A stretch of DNA of 64,000 nt from an uncultured Chloroflexia bacterium (GCA_963813335.1 CAWEYL010000001.1:352001-416000); one strand, 5' to 3'. Positions 10,021 to 19,831 are shown, numbered from the stretch's first letter. Notes: generated from the letters alone by a model not told the origin. Translations and numbers: made by a program.

Positions 10021-10946
10021 GGCTCGTGCCTCCGGAGGGACTCGACGAAGTCGCGGATGATCAGGTTGGACAGGACGGGGTGGCGGCCCGGGATCATGTG
10101 GTCGGCGCCGTCGACGACGGTCAGCGGCGCGCCGGTCAACTCGGACAGGATCCGCGCCCGATCGATCGACTGGCACGAGTCCTCGGTGCCGTGCACGAGG
10201 TGCATGGGACATCGGACGGAACGGCAGATCTCGACGACCTCCTCCCGGGAGAAGGGGAAGTCCGCCTCGGCTTCCGCCACCATCGCGGCAGGATCGCCGT
10301 CCAGTGCCCACGCGACAGCATCCTCGATCGCCTTCGTCGAGTGCGGCTCGGAGGTGATCTCCTCGAAGAAGAACTGCGCGAAATCGGGATAGTCGCGCAG
10401 CCACGCGTGCCGATTGAGCTTGGCCCAGCCGTCATACGAGGGGAGATCCCGATCGAAGTCCATGGCCGCGTACCAGGGGTACGGTGGAGCGAGCCGGGGC
10501 ACGCCGACGGCGAAGGCGACGATCCCGGCGACCCGATCGGGCTGTTCGGCGGCCAGGCGGACCGCCCGCCAGACGCCGTCGGTGCACAGGCCGACCAGCA
10601 CGGCGCGCGGCGTGTCGCTCGCATCCATCACGACGGCGATGTCGCCGGTCATCCGGTCGTCGTGGTACGCGGACGGATCGGTCGGGCGGTCGGAGCGGCC
10701 GTTGCCGCGGCCGTCGTAGGTAACCACCCGGTAGGAGCGGCTCAGGAACGGGACCTGCGCCTTCCACTGGCGCGAATGGATGATCGGGGCCGACGGCAGG
10801 AGGACGATCGTCGGGTCGCCCGTGCCGTACACATCGAAGGCCAACCGGACACCGTCGCCGGCGACGGCCACCCCGGAGCGGTCCGGCAGCCGAGCGCGCC
10901 CGCCATCGTCGGCCAGGGTTCGCGCGAGCGGGACCGACCGCGTCAC
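10017..10946 (-). CDS. Alpha/beta hydrolase with Cys at the nucleophile elbow
   Basis: YDGRGNGRSD, GLCTDG, HGTED, GADH. Confidence 0.88.
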   Translation of the reverse strand: MTRSVPLARTLADDGGRARLPDRSGVAVAGDGVRLAFDVYGTGDPTIVLLPSAPIIHSRQWKAQVPFLSRSYRVVTYDGRGNGRSDRPTDPSAYHDDRMTGDIAVVMDASDTPRAVLVGLCTDGVWRAVRLAAEQPDRVAGIVAFAVGVPRLAPPYPWYAAMDFDRDLPSYDGWAKLNRHAWLRDYPDFAQFFFEEITSEPHSTKAIEDAVAWALDGDPAAMVAEAEADFPFSREEVVEICRSVRCPMHLVHGTEDSCQSIDRARILSELTGAPLTVVDGADHMIPGRHPVLSNLIIRDFVESLRRHEP

Positions 10947-11929
10947 CTGGCCGCCTCCAGGCCGTCGACGAACTCCCGGATCAGCAGGTTGATCCGCACA
11001 GGGTCACGCCCGGTCGGGATGTGTCCGGCGCCGCCGAGCAGCACCAGTCGGGCGCCAAGGAGCTCGGCCAACCTCCGGCCGACCGCCGGGCGGACGATCC
11101 GATCCTCGTCACCGTGGATGACCAGGCACGGACAGGCGACGCGCGCCGCGAACGCGAGGCCATCGGCCTGCGTCGGGTCGGCGCCGAAAGCAGCCGGCGG
11201 CTCCATGTAGTCGACCCGTTCGCCGGCGATGATCACCTCAGGATCCGTCTCGAGCGTCCAGCCGACCGTGTCCTCGATCTGCTTGGTGGAGTGCGGTTCG
11301 CTGAACGCCTGGCCGAAGAAGAACTCGGCGAACCCGGCCCAGTCGCGTCGCCAGTAGAACTCGTTGTACTTCGCCCATCCGTCGTCGCGGTCGAGCGGCT
11401 GATCGAAGGGAAGGTTCGGCTCACGCGATCCGCCGGGATCCGGTGGTACCCCGACGTCGACCGCTGCGCCGATCAGGACGGCCCCGAGGACGCGCTCGGG
11501 ATGGGTGGCCGCGAGTCGCAGGGCGTGGCCGGCGCCCATCGACAGCCCGACCGCCACGGCCCGGTCCGTCCCGGTGGCATCGAGGACGGCGAGCGCATCC
11601 CCGAGGAAGTTCTCGCCGGTGTACGACTGGGGATCGAGGGGCCGGTCGGACCGCCCGTTGCCGCGTCCGTCGAACGTCACGACACGGTAGTGGCGAGCGA
11701 GGTACGGGATCTGGCCCTTCCAGTGCCGGGAGTGGATGATCGACCACGTCGGCAGCAGGAGGATCGTCGGGTCGCCGTCTCCGTAGCGCTCCCAATGGAT
11801 CCGGACACCGTCTCGCTCCACGATGCCGGTCATGTCGGGCTGCCTCGCCCGCGACTGTTCCGGTCGCGGCGCCATCGAGCCGGCCGGTCGCGACCGAGTC
11901 GCTGGATCAGGTGGCTGGGCCGTGACCAT
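10943..11929 (-). CDS. Alpha/beta hydrolase (Ser nucleophile)
   Basis: FDGRGNGRSD, GLSMG, HGDED, GAGH. Confidence 0.9.
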   Translation of the reverse strand: MVTAQPPDPATRSRPAGSMAPRPEQSRARQPDMTGIVERDGVRIHWERYGDGDPTILLLPTWSIIHSRHWKGQIPYLARHYRVVTFDGRGNGRSDRPLDPQSYTGENFLGDALAVLDATGTDRAVAVGLSMGAGHALRLAATHPERVLGAVLIGAAVDVGVPPDPGGSREPNLPFDQPLDRDDGWAKYNEFYWRRDWAGFAEFFFGQAFSEPHSTKQIEDTVGWTLETDPEVIIAGERVDYMEPPAAFGADPTQADGLAFAARVACPCLVIHGDEDRIVRPAVGRRLAELLGARLVLLGGAGHIPTGRDPVRINLLIREFVDGLEAAR

Positions 11930-12356
11930 CCTGGTACCGCCACAGGACGTTGAGGATCCGCCAGCCGTCCGGGACGCGGACGACGTGGATGTACTCGTAG
12001 TACAGCTCCGTGCTGACGACCACGCTCGCGATGTCACCCGAGACATCGACGACGTCGATCGCGACCGTCCGGTCCCCGAGCGCGTCGTCGCGACCCTCGC
12101 CGGCCGCCGTCAACTCGATCATCCGCTCGGCCGTGGTCGTCCGGACGGCGTTCACCAGGGTCGGGTCGGCATCCCAGGGACGCTTGGCGAGGCTCGGATG
12201 CAGGGCGCGCCGCATGCGCGCGGGATCGGCGTCGTACCAGCCTTCGTAGTAGTCGAGGACGGTGGCTCGGATGGCGGCCTCCACCTCGGGTTCGACCCTC
12301 GCGGGGGCGACGGCCACCCGCCCAGGCGCGTCCGCCCCCGTCGGTCGGAGGCTCAC
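11907..12356 (-). CDS. NTF2-like (putative lumazine-binding family) protein
   Basis: LDYYEGWY..D..RMRRALHP.L.KR, YYEYIHVV, WRILNVLW. Confidence 0.8.
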   Translation of the reverse strand: MSLRPTGADAPGRVAVAPARVEPEVEAAIRATVLDYYEGWYDADPARMRRALHPSLAKRPWDADPTLVNAVRTTTAERMIELTAAGEGRDDALGDRTVAIDVVDVSGDIASVVVSTELYYEYIHVVRVPDGWRILNVLWRYQDGHGPAT

Positions 12357-13033
12357 GTCGCTGCTCCTTCCGTTCGCTCCTCGAGCATCCTGATCACGAT
12401 CCCGACCTTGCGCAACGCGGACCGGGCCGGGACGACCGACTCGGGCATCCCCAGCAGGATCACGCTCTCGGCGCCGATGAAGGGCATGCCCATGAGCGCG
12501 GAGACCTCCTCAGCCGTGAACGGGGCGAGCCCGCCGATCCGGTGGGCGACGCGGTCGGCGACCTCGGCAAGCAGCGTGTACCAGGCGCCCTGGAACGTCC
12601 GAACGGCCGCCGCGACCTCCGGGTCGGACCAGCCCGCGGCGGTCATCTCCTGGAGCACCCGGACGTAGCCGGAGGCGAGGTCCTCGTCGAAGAAGTCGCA
12701 CGCGCGCTCCCACTGCTGCCAGAGCGGTTCAGGGCCGCCGAACATCTCGCGCTGGCGCTCGATGAGCCTGGCGTTCTCCGCCTCGAGGACCGCGAGGATG
12801 AGTTGCTGCTTGCTGCCGAAGTGGTAGTGGATCTGGCTGAGCGGGACGCCTGCCGTGTCGGCGACCCGACGGGTGGACAGGCTGGCATAGCCGTCGGCGA
12901 GCAGTGTCGCGCGGGCGGCCGCGAGGATGCTCGCGCGGGTCTCGCCCGTGGCCTGGTCGCGGCGCTCGGCTCGGCTGCCGGTCGTCGCCGGGATCGTCTC
13001 CTCCACGTGGCGAGCATACGTCCCACGGCTCAC
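12353..13033 (-). CDS. TetR/AcrR family transcriptional regulator
   Basis: ILAAARATLLADGYASLSTRRVADTAGVPLSQIHYHFGSKQQL. Confidence 0.93.
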   Translation of the reverse strand: MSRGTYARHVEETIPATTGSRAERRDQATGETRASILAAARATLLADGYASLSTRRVADTAGVPLSQIHYHFGSKQQLILAVLEAENARLIERQREMFGGPEPLWQQWERACDFFDEDLASGYVRVLQEMTAAGWSDPEVAAAVRTFQGAWYTLLAEVADRVAHRIGGLAPFTAEEVSALMGMPFIGAESVILLGMPESVVPARSALRKVGIVIRMLEERTEGAAT

Positions 13034-13791
13034 GAAGCGACTGCGTAGACCGCGGCCAGGATGAGGACCACGCCGAGCGGGCGCGTGAGCCGCCGGCCGG
13101 ACGGCAGGTTCTTCTCGATGGCCGTGAGGCCGCCGAGGACGAGCATCGCCGGCAGGCTACCGAGGCCGACCCCGAACATCACGAGCATCAGGGACCAGCA
13201 GCACCCGACGCAGAACGCGCCGTGGGCGACCCCCATGGCGAAGGACTCCCGGTACTCGGCGGTCCCGCGCCAGCGGTGGACCACGAAGCCGAGCGGGCTC
13301 CGGCACGCCTCGAGGCAGCGCTCGCGCAGGGGGCTGAACTGCCACAGCCCGGCGGCGAGCAAGGTCGTCCCGATGATCAGCTGCGGGTGCTCGGCCAGCC
13401 AGGGGAGGGCATCCACGGCCGCGTGGATGCCACGGTCCGCGACCCACGCCCCCAGGCCGAATGCGCCCCAGACGACGAGGTAGCCGAGCAGGAGCAGGAC
13501 GACGAGCCGGCCCGGCCGCTGGCGGCGGCCGACGAGCGCGGCGAAGGTCATCACGAGCGGCACGCTCGAGGGCAGCATCATCGCGATGATCATCAGGACC
13601 CAGCCGACGACGAAGAGCGCCGCCTCGAGCGGCACCGGTCCGACGGCCCCGGCGTGGCTCATGTACGGGGCATAGGGCGAGCCCTGCCACCACCACAGCG
13701 CCAGCCAGGCGGCGAGCGCCAGGGAGATGAGTAGCCCGCCCAGGATCGCTCGATCGCGGTGCGGGACGCGAAGGTGGGCGGGCGTGAACAT
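13030..13791 (-). CDS. DUF2182 predicted metal-binding integral membrane protein
   Basis: WVLMIIAMMLPS, WQFSPL..CL..CRSP, HGAFCVGCCWSLM, EK. Confidence 0.88.
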   Translation of the reverse strand: MFTPAHLRVPHRDRAILGGLLISLALAAWLALWWWQGSPYAPYMSHAGAVGPVPLEAALFVVGWVLMIIAMMLPSSVPLVMTFAALVGRRQRPGRLVVLLLLGYLVVWGAFGLGAWVADRGIHAAVDALPWLAEHPQLIIGTTLLAAGLWQFSPLRERCLEACRSPLGFVVHRWRGTAEYRESFAMGVAHGAFCVGCCWSLMLVMFGVGLGSLPAMLVLGGLTAIEKNLPSGRRLTRPLGVVLILAAVYAVAS

Positions 13792-14396
13792 CAGGCGGCG
13801 AAGTGGAAATGCCCCTGCAGGGCGTTGTGGCCGGTGACCTTGACGTTCGGCAGGCCGTAGGGATCGCCGTCGCGGTCGAAATGGTCGGCCTTGGAGGCGA
13901 AGACGGGCGAGCCCGGGATCGTCGAGAAGACGGTCTCCGACAGGATGGTCGGCTTGCCGGTCGCACCCACGTACGGGGTGAGCTCGGCGTCGGCGGCCGT
14001 GCCGACCGTGAGGCGGCCCTTGCCGCCGTCGACCGTGAACGTGATCGGCACGCGCTCCACCGAGACGACCTCGCTGATCAGCCCGGCGAGGTCGGCGATC
14101 GCGCCGCCCAGCGACCCGGTGAAGACCTTGAGGAGCTCCGCCTGCTGCTCGTCGGTCGCGCCGTCGTCGACGAAGACGGCCGCCTTCCATGAGCCGGCCA
14201 GGACGTTGCCGGGGATGTGGACCGACAGGGCGACCGTTCGGCCGCTGACGTCGACGCCCTCGATGGCGCCGCCGTCGATGTGCCAGGCAAGCGCCGAATC
14301 GCAGGTCCCGCCGTCGGGGTCCTCCCCGATCCAGCACGGGCACAGCACGTTGCAGGTGCAAACCTCCAGCAGCTTGCCCTCGATGTCGTACGCCAC
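13791..14396 (-). CDS. DUF1326 domain protein
   Basis: LEVCTCNVLCPCWIGEDPD.G.C, VDDGATDEQ, GGAIADL; GGAGG RBS before GTG. Confidence 0.88.
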   Translation of the reverse strand: MAYDIEGKLLEVCTCNVLCPCWIGEDPDGGTCDSALAWHIDGGAIEGVDVSGRTVALSVHIPGNVLAGSWKAAVFVDDGATDEQQAELLKVFTGSLGGAIADLAGLISEVVSVERVPITFTVDGGKGRLTVGTAADAELTPYVGATGKPTILSETVFSTIPGSPVFASKADHFDRDGDPYGLPNVKVTGHNALQGHFHFAA

Positions 14397-14425
14397 CGGT
14401 CGATCCTCCGTATCGTCGGCTCGGC

Positions 14426-14486
14426 TCGGTCGAGTGACCGATGTCGGTCGGTCGGCCGAATCTACAACGGCTAGCACCGATGTCAA
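14426..14486 (-). promoter_or_regulatory. Sigma70 promoter with tandem palindromic operators for the DUF1326 operon
   Basis: Minus strand TTGACA(14486-14481)-16 nt-TAGATT(14464-14459); TCGGTC-N4-GACCGA at 14426-14441 and TCGGTC-N4-GGCCGA at 14444-14459. Confidence 0.7.
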
Positions 14487-14593
14487 GCCCCTGCCTTCGG
14501 GCGCCTCCATCGTCGCGCCGGCGACCTCTGCTAGCATCGGGTCGTCCATTCCCGCGCGGCCCTGCCAAGGTCGCGTATCAGCGGAGACCACCC

Positions 14594-16003
14594 TTGACCA
14601 CCCCTTCGGTCGATCCGGCCGACGTCGCGCCGGCCATCGCCGAGCTCGAGACGATCGTCTCGCTCAGCAAGCGGCGCGGCTTCATCTTCCCCTCGAGCGA
14701 GATCTATGGCGGCATCAACGCCGTGTGGGATTACGGCCCCCTCGGCGTCGAGCTCAAGAACAACGTCAAGCGGGCGTGGTGGCGGGCGATGGTCCAGGAG
14801 CGCGACGACATCGTCGGCCTCGACGCCGGCATCCTGATGCACCCCCAGGTCTGGGTGACGTCGGGGCACGTGGGCTCGTTCAGCGATCCGCTCGTGGAGT
14901 GCGCCACCGACCACCGCCGCTTCCGGCTCGACGAGCTGCCGGGCGCCGAGCACCTGACGGCCACCGAGCTGCAGGACCCGACCATCGTCGAGAAACTTGG
15001 GCTGCGCTGCCCGGTGGACGGCGGCCCGCTCTCGGCGCCACGCCGGTTCAACCTGATGTTCAAGACGTTCATGGGCCCGGTCGAGGAGGACGCCTCGGTC
15101 ATCTACCTCCGCCCGGAGACCGCCCAGGGCTCGTACGTCAACTTCAAGAACGTCCAGCAGTCGTCGCGCAAGAAGCTGCCGTTCGGGATCGCCCAGATCG
15201 GCAAGTCGTTCCGCAACGAGATCTCGCCCGGGAACTTCGTCTTCCGGATGCGCGAGTTCGAGCAGATGGAGATGCAGTACTTCGTCCGCCCCGACGAGGC
15301 GGCCGGGGCATTCGAGGACTGGCTCCCCAAGCGACGGGCCTGGTACGAGCGCTACGGCGTGACGCCGTCGCGGCTGCGCCTCCGCGAGCACGCCCCCGAC
15401 GAGCTCGCGCACTACGCCAAGAAGGCGATCGACGTCGAGTACCGCTTCCCCTTCGGCTGGAAGGAGCTCGAGGGCGTCCACAACCGCGGCGACTTCGACC
15501 TGTCGCGCCACAGCGAGGCCTCCGGCGAGTCGCTCGAGTACTTCGACCAGGCCACCAACGAGCACGTCATCCCGTGGGTCGTGGAGACCGCCGCCGGCGC
15601 GGACCGGGCGGCCTTCACGTTCCTGATCGATGCCTATCGCGAGGAGGAGGTACGCGGCGAGACCCGCGTCTCGCTGGCGCTGCATCCCGACCTCGCCCCG
15701 TACAAGGTGGCCGTCCTGCCGCTGCTCAAGAAGCGCCCCGAGATCGTCGAGCTCTGCCACCGGATCAAGGCGGACCTCCAGCGCCACACGATGGCCGTCT
15801 ACGACGACACGGCCGCCATCGGGAAGCTGTATCGCCGCCAGGATGAGATCGGGACGCCGTGGTGCGTCACGGTCGACGTCGAATCGCTCGAGGACGGCGC
15901 CGTGACCGTCCGCGACCGCGACTCGATGACCCAGGAGCGCGTGCCGGTCGAGGGCGTGACCCGCCTGATCCTCGACCGCCTGGACGCCGCCCGCGCCGGG
16001 TGA
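14594..16003 (+). CDS. glyQS: Glycine--tRNA ligase (homodimeric alpha2 type)
   Basis: KRRGFIFPSSEIYGG, FNLMF, YLRPETAQG, FRNEI, REFEQME, YRRQDEIGTP. Confidence 0.96.
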   Translation: MTTPSVDPADVAPAIAELETIVSLSKRRGFIFPSSEIYGGINAVWDYGPLGVELKNNVKRAWWRAMVQERDDIVGLDAGILMHPQVWVTSGHVGSFSDPLVECATDHRRFRLDELPGAEHLTATELQDPTIVEKLGLRCPVDGGPLSAPRRFNLMFKTFMGPVEEDASVIYLRPETAQGSYVNFKNVQQSSRKKLPFGIAQIGKSFRNEISPGNFVFRMREFEQMEMQYFVRPDEAAGAFEDWLPKRRAWYERYGVTPSRLRLREHAPDELAHYAKKAIDVEYRFPFGWKELEGVHNRGDFDLSRHSEASGESLEYFDQATNEHVIPWVVETAAGADRAAFTFLIDAYREEEVRGETRVSLALHPDLAPYKVAVLPLLKKRPEIVELCHRIKADLQRHTMAVYDDTAAIGKLYRRQDEIGTPWCVTVDVESLEDGAVTVRDRDSMTQERVPVEGVTRLILDRLDAARAG

Positions 16004-16010
16004 TGGCGAG

Positions 16011-17003
16011 GTGGTGATGGGCAGCGCGCCGGACGACGCCCGGGTCCGCGACGCGATCGTCGCCTGGCTGGGGAGCCTCGATGGGGGGCAGCGGGCGACG
16101 GCGACCTTCCCGTTCGACGCGGAGGAGCGCTTCGCCTGGGACTACCGGCCGGTCCCGCGCGAGGGCCTGGCCCTCGCCGACATGCGCGCCGCCCAGCGCG
16201 ACCTCGCCTGGGGGGTCGTCGACGCCTCGATGAGCGCCCGCGGCGCGGCGGAGATCCGCTCGATCGTCGAGCTCGAGCCCATCCTCGGTGCCATCGAGCG
16301 TCGCGAGGGCCGCTCGGACTGGACCCGACGGGACCCGGAGCGGTACTGGTTCGCCGTCTTCGGCGACCCGGCGGGGGCGGCGCCGTGGTCGTGGCGGATC
16401 GGCGGACACCATGTCGCGATCCAGCTGACCGCGATCGGCGGGCGCGTCGTCGCCGCCGCGCCATCGTTCCTCGGTGCCAACCCGGCGACGGTCCCTGACG
16501 GGCCGCTGGCCGGCCGGCGGGCCCTGACCGGGGAGGAGGGGCTGGCCCGGTCGCTGCTCGCGTCGCTGACGCCCGCGGAGCGCGTCGTAACGGTCGTCGA
16601 CCCGGTCGCGCCGCCAGACATCCTGAGCGGCAACGGGCGCCGGGCGACGGTCGACCGGATCGCGACCGGGATCCGCCACGACCAGCTGCCGCCGACCGGG
16701 CAGAGCGGGCTCGAGGCATTGATCCGGCACTACCTGGACCGGGCGCGCGCCGTCGTCGCCGATGCCGCCTGGGAGCGGATCGCCGCCGACGGGCTCGCTG
16801 GCGTCACGTTCGCCTGGGCGGGCCCCGACGCGCCGGGGCGCGGCCACTACTACGCCGTCCGCGGGCCCAGCTTCCTCATCGAGTACGACAACACCCAGAA
16901 CCGCGCCAACCACATCCACGCGGTGTGGCGCGACCTCGCCGACGACTGGGGCGAGGACACCCTCGCGGCCCACTACCGGGCGGCGCATCCCGTCAACACC
17001 TGA
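16011..17003 (+). CDS. DUF3500 domain protein
   Basis: YWFAVFGDP, WSWRIGGHH, FLGANP, LIEYDNTQNRANHIHAVWRD..DWG. Confidence 0.85.
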   Translation: MVMGSAPDDARVRDAIVAWLGSLDGGQRATATFPFDAEERFAWDYRPVPREGLALADMRAAQRDLAWGVVDASMSARGAAEIRSIVELEPILGAIERREGRSDWTRRDPERYWFAVFGDPAGAAPWSWRIGGHHVAIQLTAIGGRVVAAAPSFLGANPATVPDGPLAGRRALTGEEGLARSLLASLTPAERVVTVVDPVAPPDILSGNGRRATVDRIATGIRHDQLPPTGQSGLEALIRHYLDRARAVVADAAWERIAADGLAGVTFAWAGPDAPGRGHYYAVRGPSFLIEYDNTQNRANHIHAVWRDLADDWGEDTLAAHYRAAHPVNT

Positions 17004-17123
17004 GCGGCCGGCGCGCGTCTTCGCGCGCCGAAGGGTCGCGTACACTGCGAGCGCGAACGCCGACGATCGCCTCGCCGAGTCCGGCGTGATCCAGTCGACG
17101 CGGTCGCCCTGAGGGAGCGAACG

Positions 17124-17414
17124 ATGGGACTCTTGAACATCATCTTCGGTGCGCTGCTGCCGAGGTTCACGCTGCTCGTGGCGTGGTCGAACGACCAGCC
17201 GTACTGGGGCAACCTGTTCGGCTCGGGGGTCTGGTTCCTGGGTGGCTTCCTCTTCTTCCCATGGACCACGCTGACCTACGGGCTGTTCCAGTCGAACGGC
17301 ATGACCCTCGTGAACTGGATCTTCCTGCTCTTCGCGCTGCTGATCGACCTCGGGACCTGGGGCGTCGGCTTCTTCGCCGGCCGCAAGGAGTACTCGTCCT
17401 ACCGCGGCTCCTAG
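17124..17414 (+). CDS. Small hydrophobic membrane protein
   Basis: PRF..., LGGFLFFPWTTLTY, three hydrophobic segments; GGGAG RBS. Confidence 0.75.
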   Translation: MGLLNIIFGALLPRFTLLVAWSNDQPYWGNLFGSGVWFLGGFLFFPWTTLTYGLFQSNGMTLVNWIFLLFALLIDLGTWGVGFFAGRKEYSSYRGS

Positions 17415-17420
17415 CGCTCG

Positions 17421-17449
17421 GGTGTCAGCCGTCGCCCACGGCTGACACC
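17421..17449. terminator. GC-rich hairpin between convergent genes
   Basis: GGTGTCAGCCGT-cgccc-ACGGCTGACACC, perfect 12-bp stem. Confidence 0.7.
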
Positions 17450-17474
17450 GCCGCGTTCGCTGTCAGGCCAGGTC

Positions 17475-18167
17475 TCAGGCGACCGCGCCCGCAAGTTCCC
17501 GCTCCGGCTCGCGCTCGGGGCGCCACAGCCCGCTCGCCGCGTACTCGCGGACATCCCTGATCGCGGACTTCTGAGCCGCCCGGCGGATATCGAGCGAGAC
17601 GTCCATCGGCTGGGCGTTGAAGAACGTCACATCGGTGATGCCGACGAACCCGAAGATCGTGCGCAGGTACGGCTCGACGAAGTCGTACGGCCGCATCATG
17701 TCGCTGGAGTAGTCGCCGCCGCGCGACGTGACGCAGATCATCTTCTTGCCGTGGACCAGGCCCTCGGCGATGCCCATCTCGTTGTAGCGGAAGAGGTAGC
17801 CGGGCTGGATGATCGCGTCGATGTAGTACTTGAGCACGTATGGGATCCCGAGGTTCCACATCGGGACCGTGAACAGGTAGACGTCGGCGGCCAGGAACTG
17901 CTCGATGGTCTTCTCGATCTGGCGCCACGAGTCCTGCGCCTCCTCGTCGAGGTCCTGGCCGGTCATCAACCGGTACTTGGTCTCGATGTTCTTGCCCGCG
18001 ACCGACGGCAGGTCGGCGTGGAACAGGTCCAGGCTCGTGACGACGAGCTCGTCGTCCTGGTCGTGGAGCGCCTCGAGCAGGCAGTTGGAGACCCGTGCCG
18101 TGTTGGATGCCAGCCCCCGCGGGGTGCAGATCACGTGGAGCAGCTGCGTCGCCATCGTCGATCCCAC
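17475..18167 (-). CDS. azoR: FMN-dependent NADH:quinone oxidoreductase (azoreductase)
   Basis: TPRG..SNT, PMWNLGIPYVLKYYID, TSRGGDY, FGFVGITDV. Confidence 0.9.
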   Translation of the reverse strand: MGSTMATQLLHVICTPRGLASNTARVSNCLLEALHDQDDELVVTSLDLFHADLPSVAGKNIETKYRLMTGQDLDEEAQDSWRQIEKTIEQFLAADVYLFTVPMWNLGIPYVLKYYIDAIIQPGYLFRYNEMGIAEGLVHGKKMICVTSRGGDYSSDMMRPYDFVEPYLRTIFGFVGITDVTFFNAQPMDVSLDIRRAAQKSAIRDVREYAASGLWRPEREPERELAGAVA

Positions 18168-18298
18168 CTTTCACTCCCTGGCGTCCGGTCGGTCCCGCCC
18201 TCCGGGATCGAACGCCTGGGCGGCAGGCTGGGCCTGGCCGGGACGGCCGTCATCGGTCGTTCGACCCATGGACCCGGGTGCGCACGACCGATGAGCGG

Positions 18299-19831
18299 TC
18301 AGGCGTCGGCGGCGGCGACCCCGCTCGTGGACGCGGCGGTATCGGCGGCATCGGCGGCGTCGTCGGTCGCGCCGGTCAGCCAGCGCTGGATGGCGGCGGC
18401 CGAGCGCTTGCCGTCGCCCATGGCCAGGATCACCGTGGCGGAGCCGCGCACGATGTCGCCGCCGGCGAACACGCCCGGCAGGCTGGTCATGCCGTCCTCG
18501 TCGGTGACGATATAGCCCCACTCGTTGACCGCGAGGTCCGGGGCGGCGGCGTGGAGCAATGGGTTCGACCGCGTCCCGATCGCGACGACGACCATGTCGC
18601 AGTCGATGACGAACTCGGAGCCGGGGATCGGCTCGGGCCGACGCCGACCCGACGCATCGGGCTCGCCGAGCGCCATGCGCTGGCAGCGCAGGCCGGTGAC
18701 CCAGTGCTCGGCGTCGCCGAGCACCTCGAGCGGGGCCACCTGGAGCTCGAACCGGATCCCTTCCTGCTCGGCGTGGTGGACCTCCTCCGCCCGTGCCGGC
18801 AGCTCGTCGTGGCCGCGGCGGTACACGATCGTGGCCTCGGCGGCACCCAGCCGACGGGCGGTCCGGACGGCGTCCATCGCGACGTTCCCGCCACCCACCA
18901 CGGCGACTCGCTGCCCGTGCAGCACCGGCGTGTCGCTGTCGGCGCCCCAGGCGCCCATCAGGTTGACGCGGGTGAGGTACTCGTTCGCGGAGTAGACGCC
19001 CTTGAGGTTCTCGCCCGGGATGTCCATGAACACCGGCAGTCCCGCACCGACCGCGAGGAAGACGGCGTCGAAGCGCTCCCGGAGCTCGGCGAGCGTGTAG
19101 GTCTTGCCGATGATCGCGTTGGTCTCGATGGTCACGCCGCCGTCCACCAGCCGCGCCACCTCGCGCTCGACGATGTCGTTGGGGAGCCGGAACTCGGGGA
19201 TCCCGTAGATGAGCACGCCGCCGGCGGCATGGAAGGCCTCGAACACCGTGACCTTGTAGCCGGCCTTGGCGAGCTCCCCGGCGGCCGTCAGGCCGGCCGG
19301 CCCCGAGCCGACGATCGCCACGGTCTTGTCGACCGGGGCAGGCGTGGTGTGTGCGAGGGCTTCCGGGTGGGTCCCGGCCCAGTCCGCGACGTAGCGCTCG
19401 AGCGAGCCGATCGCGACCGGCGCGCCCTTCTTGCCCCGCAGGCACAGCCCTTCGCACTGGGTCTCCTGCGGGCAGACCCGGCCGGTCACGCACGGCAGGG
19501 CGTTGTCGTCGAGCAGGGATCCGGCCGCGGCCGCCATGTCGCCACGGCGGAGATGATCGATGAACCGCGGGATGTTGACCCGGACCGGACAGCCGTCGAT
19601 GCACTTGGGGTTCTTGCACTGCAGGCACCGCTCGGCCTCGAGCATCGCGAGATGCTCGGTGAACCCGAGGTTGACCTCCGTGAACGCGTGCGAGCGCCGG
19701 TCGGCGTCGTCCTCGGGCATCGGGACCCGCTCGATGGCCATCCGCTGGCGCGGGTCGAGCGCGACGTCCTCACCCGCGAGGATGCGGCGGACGATGTCCT
19801 GGATGTCCGTGGCGGGCTTCGGGTCCGTCAT
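18299..19831 (-). CDS. NfnB/SudA-like flavo-iron-sulfur subunit (GltD homolog)
   Basis: CLQCKNPKCIDGCP, GRVCPQETQCE, GSGPAG, YGIPEFRLP, GGGNVAMD, ATVILAMG. Confidence 0.9.
   Translation of the reverse strand: MTDPKPATDIQDIVRRILAGEDVALDPRQRMAIERVPMPEDDADRRSHAFTEVNLGFTEHLAMLEAERCLQCKNPKCIDGCPVRVNIPRFIDHLRRGDMAAAAGSLLDDNALPCVTGRVCPQETQCEGLCLRGKKGAPVAIGSLERYVADWAGTHPEALAHTTPAPVDKTVAIVGSGPAGLTAAGELAKAGYKVTVFEAFHAAGGVLIYGIPEFRLPNDIVEREVARLVDGGVTIETNAIIGKTYTLAELRERFDAVFLAVGAGLPVFMDIPGENLKGVYSANEYLTRVNLMGAWGADSDTPVLHGQRVAVVGGGNVAMDAVRTARRLGAAEATIVYRRGHDELPARAEEVHHAEQEGIRFELQVAPLEVLGDAEHWVTGLRCQRMALGEPDASGRRRPEPIPGSEFVIDCDMVVVAIGTRSNPLLHAAAPDLAVNEWGYIVTDEDGMTSLPGVFAGGDIVRGSATVILAMGDGKRSAAAIQRWLTGATDDAADAADTAASTSGVAAADA

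Noticed and set aside
14490-14593. T-box or glycine riboswitch before glyQS
   Set aside because: Leader too short and consensus motifs absent
17009-17030. Hairpin CGGCGCGCG-tctt-CGCGCGCCG after the DUF3500 gene
   Set aside because: Ordinary terminator-like stem with no further structure
18299-19831. Glutamate synthase small subunit gltD call
   Set aside because: No gltB in the window, and it is coupled to a PyrK-like partner; NfnB/SudA fits better
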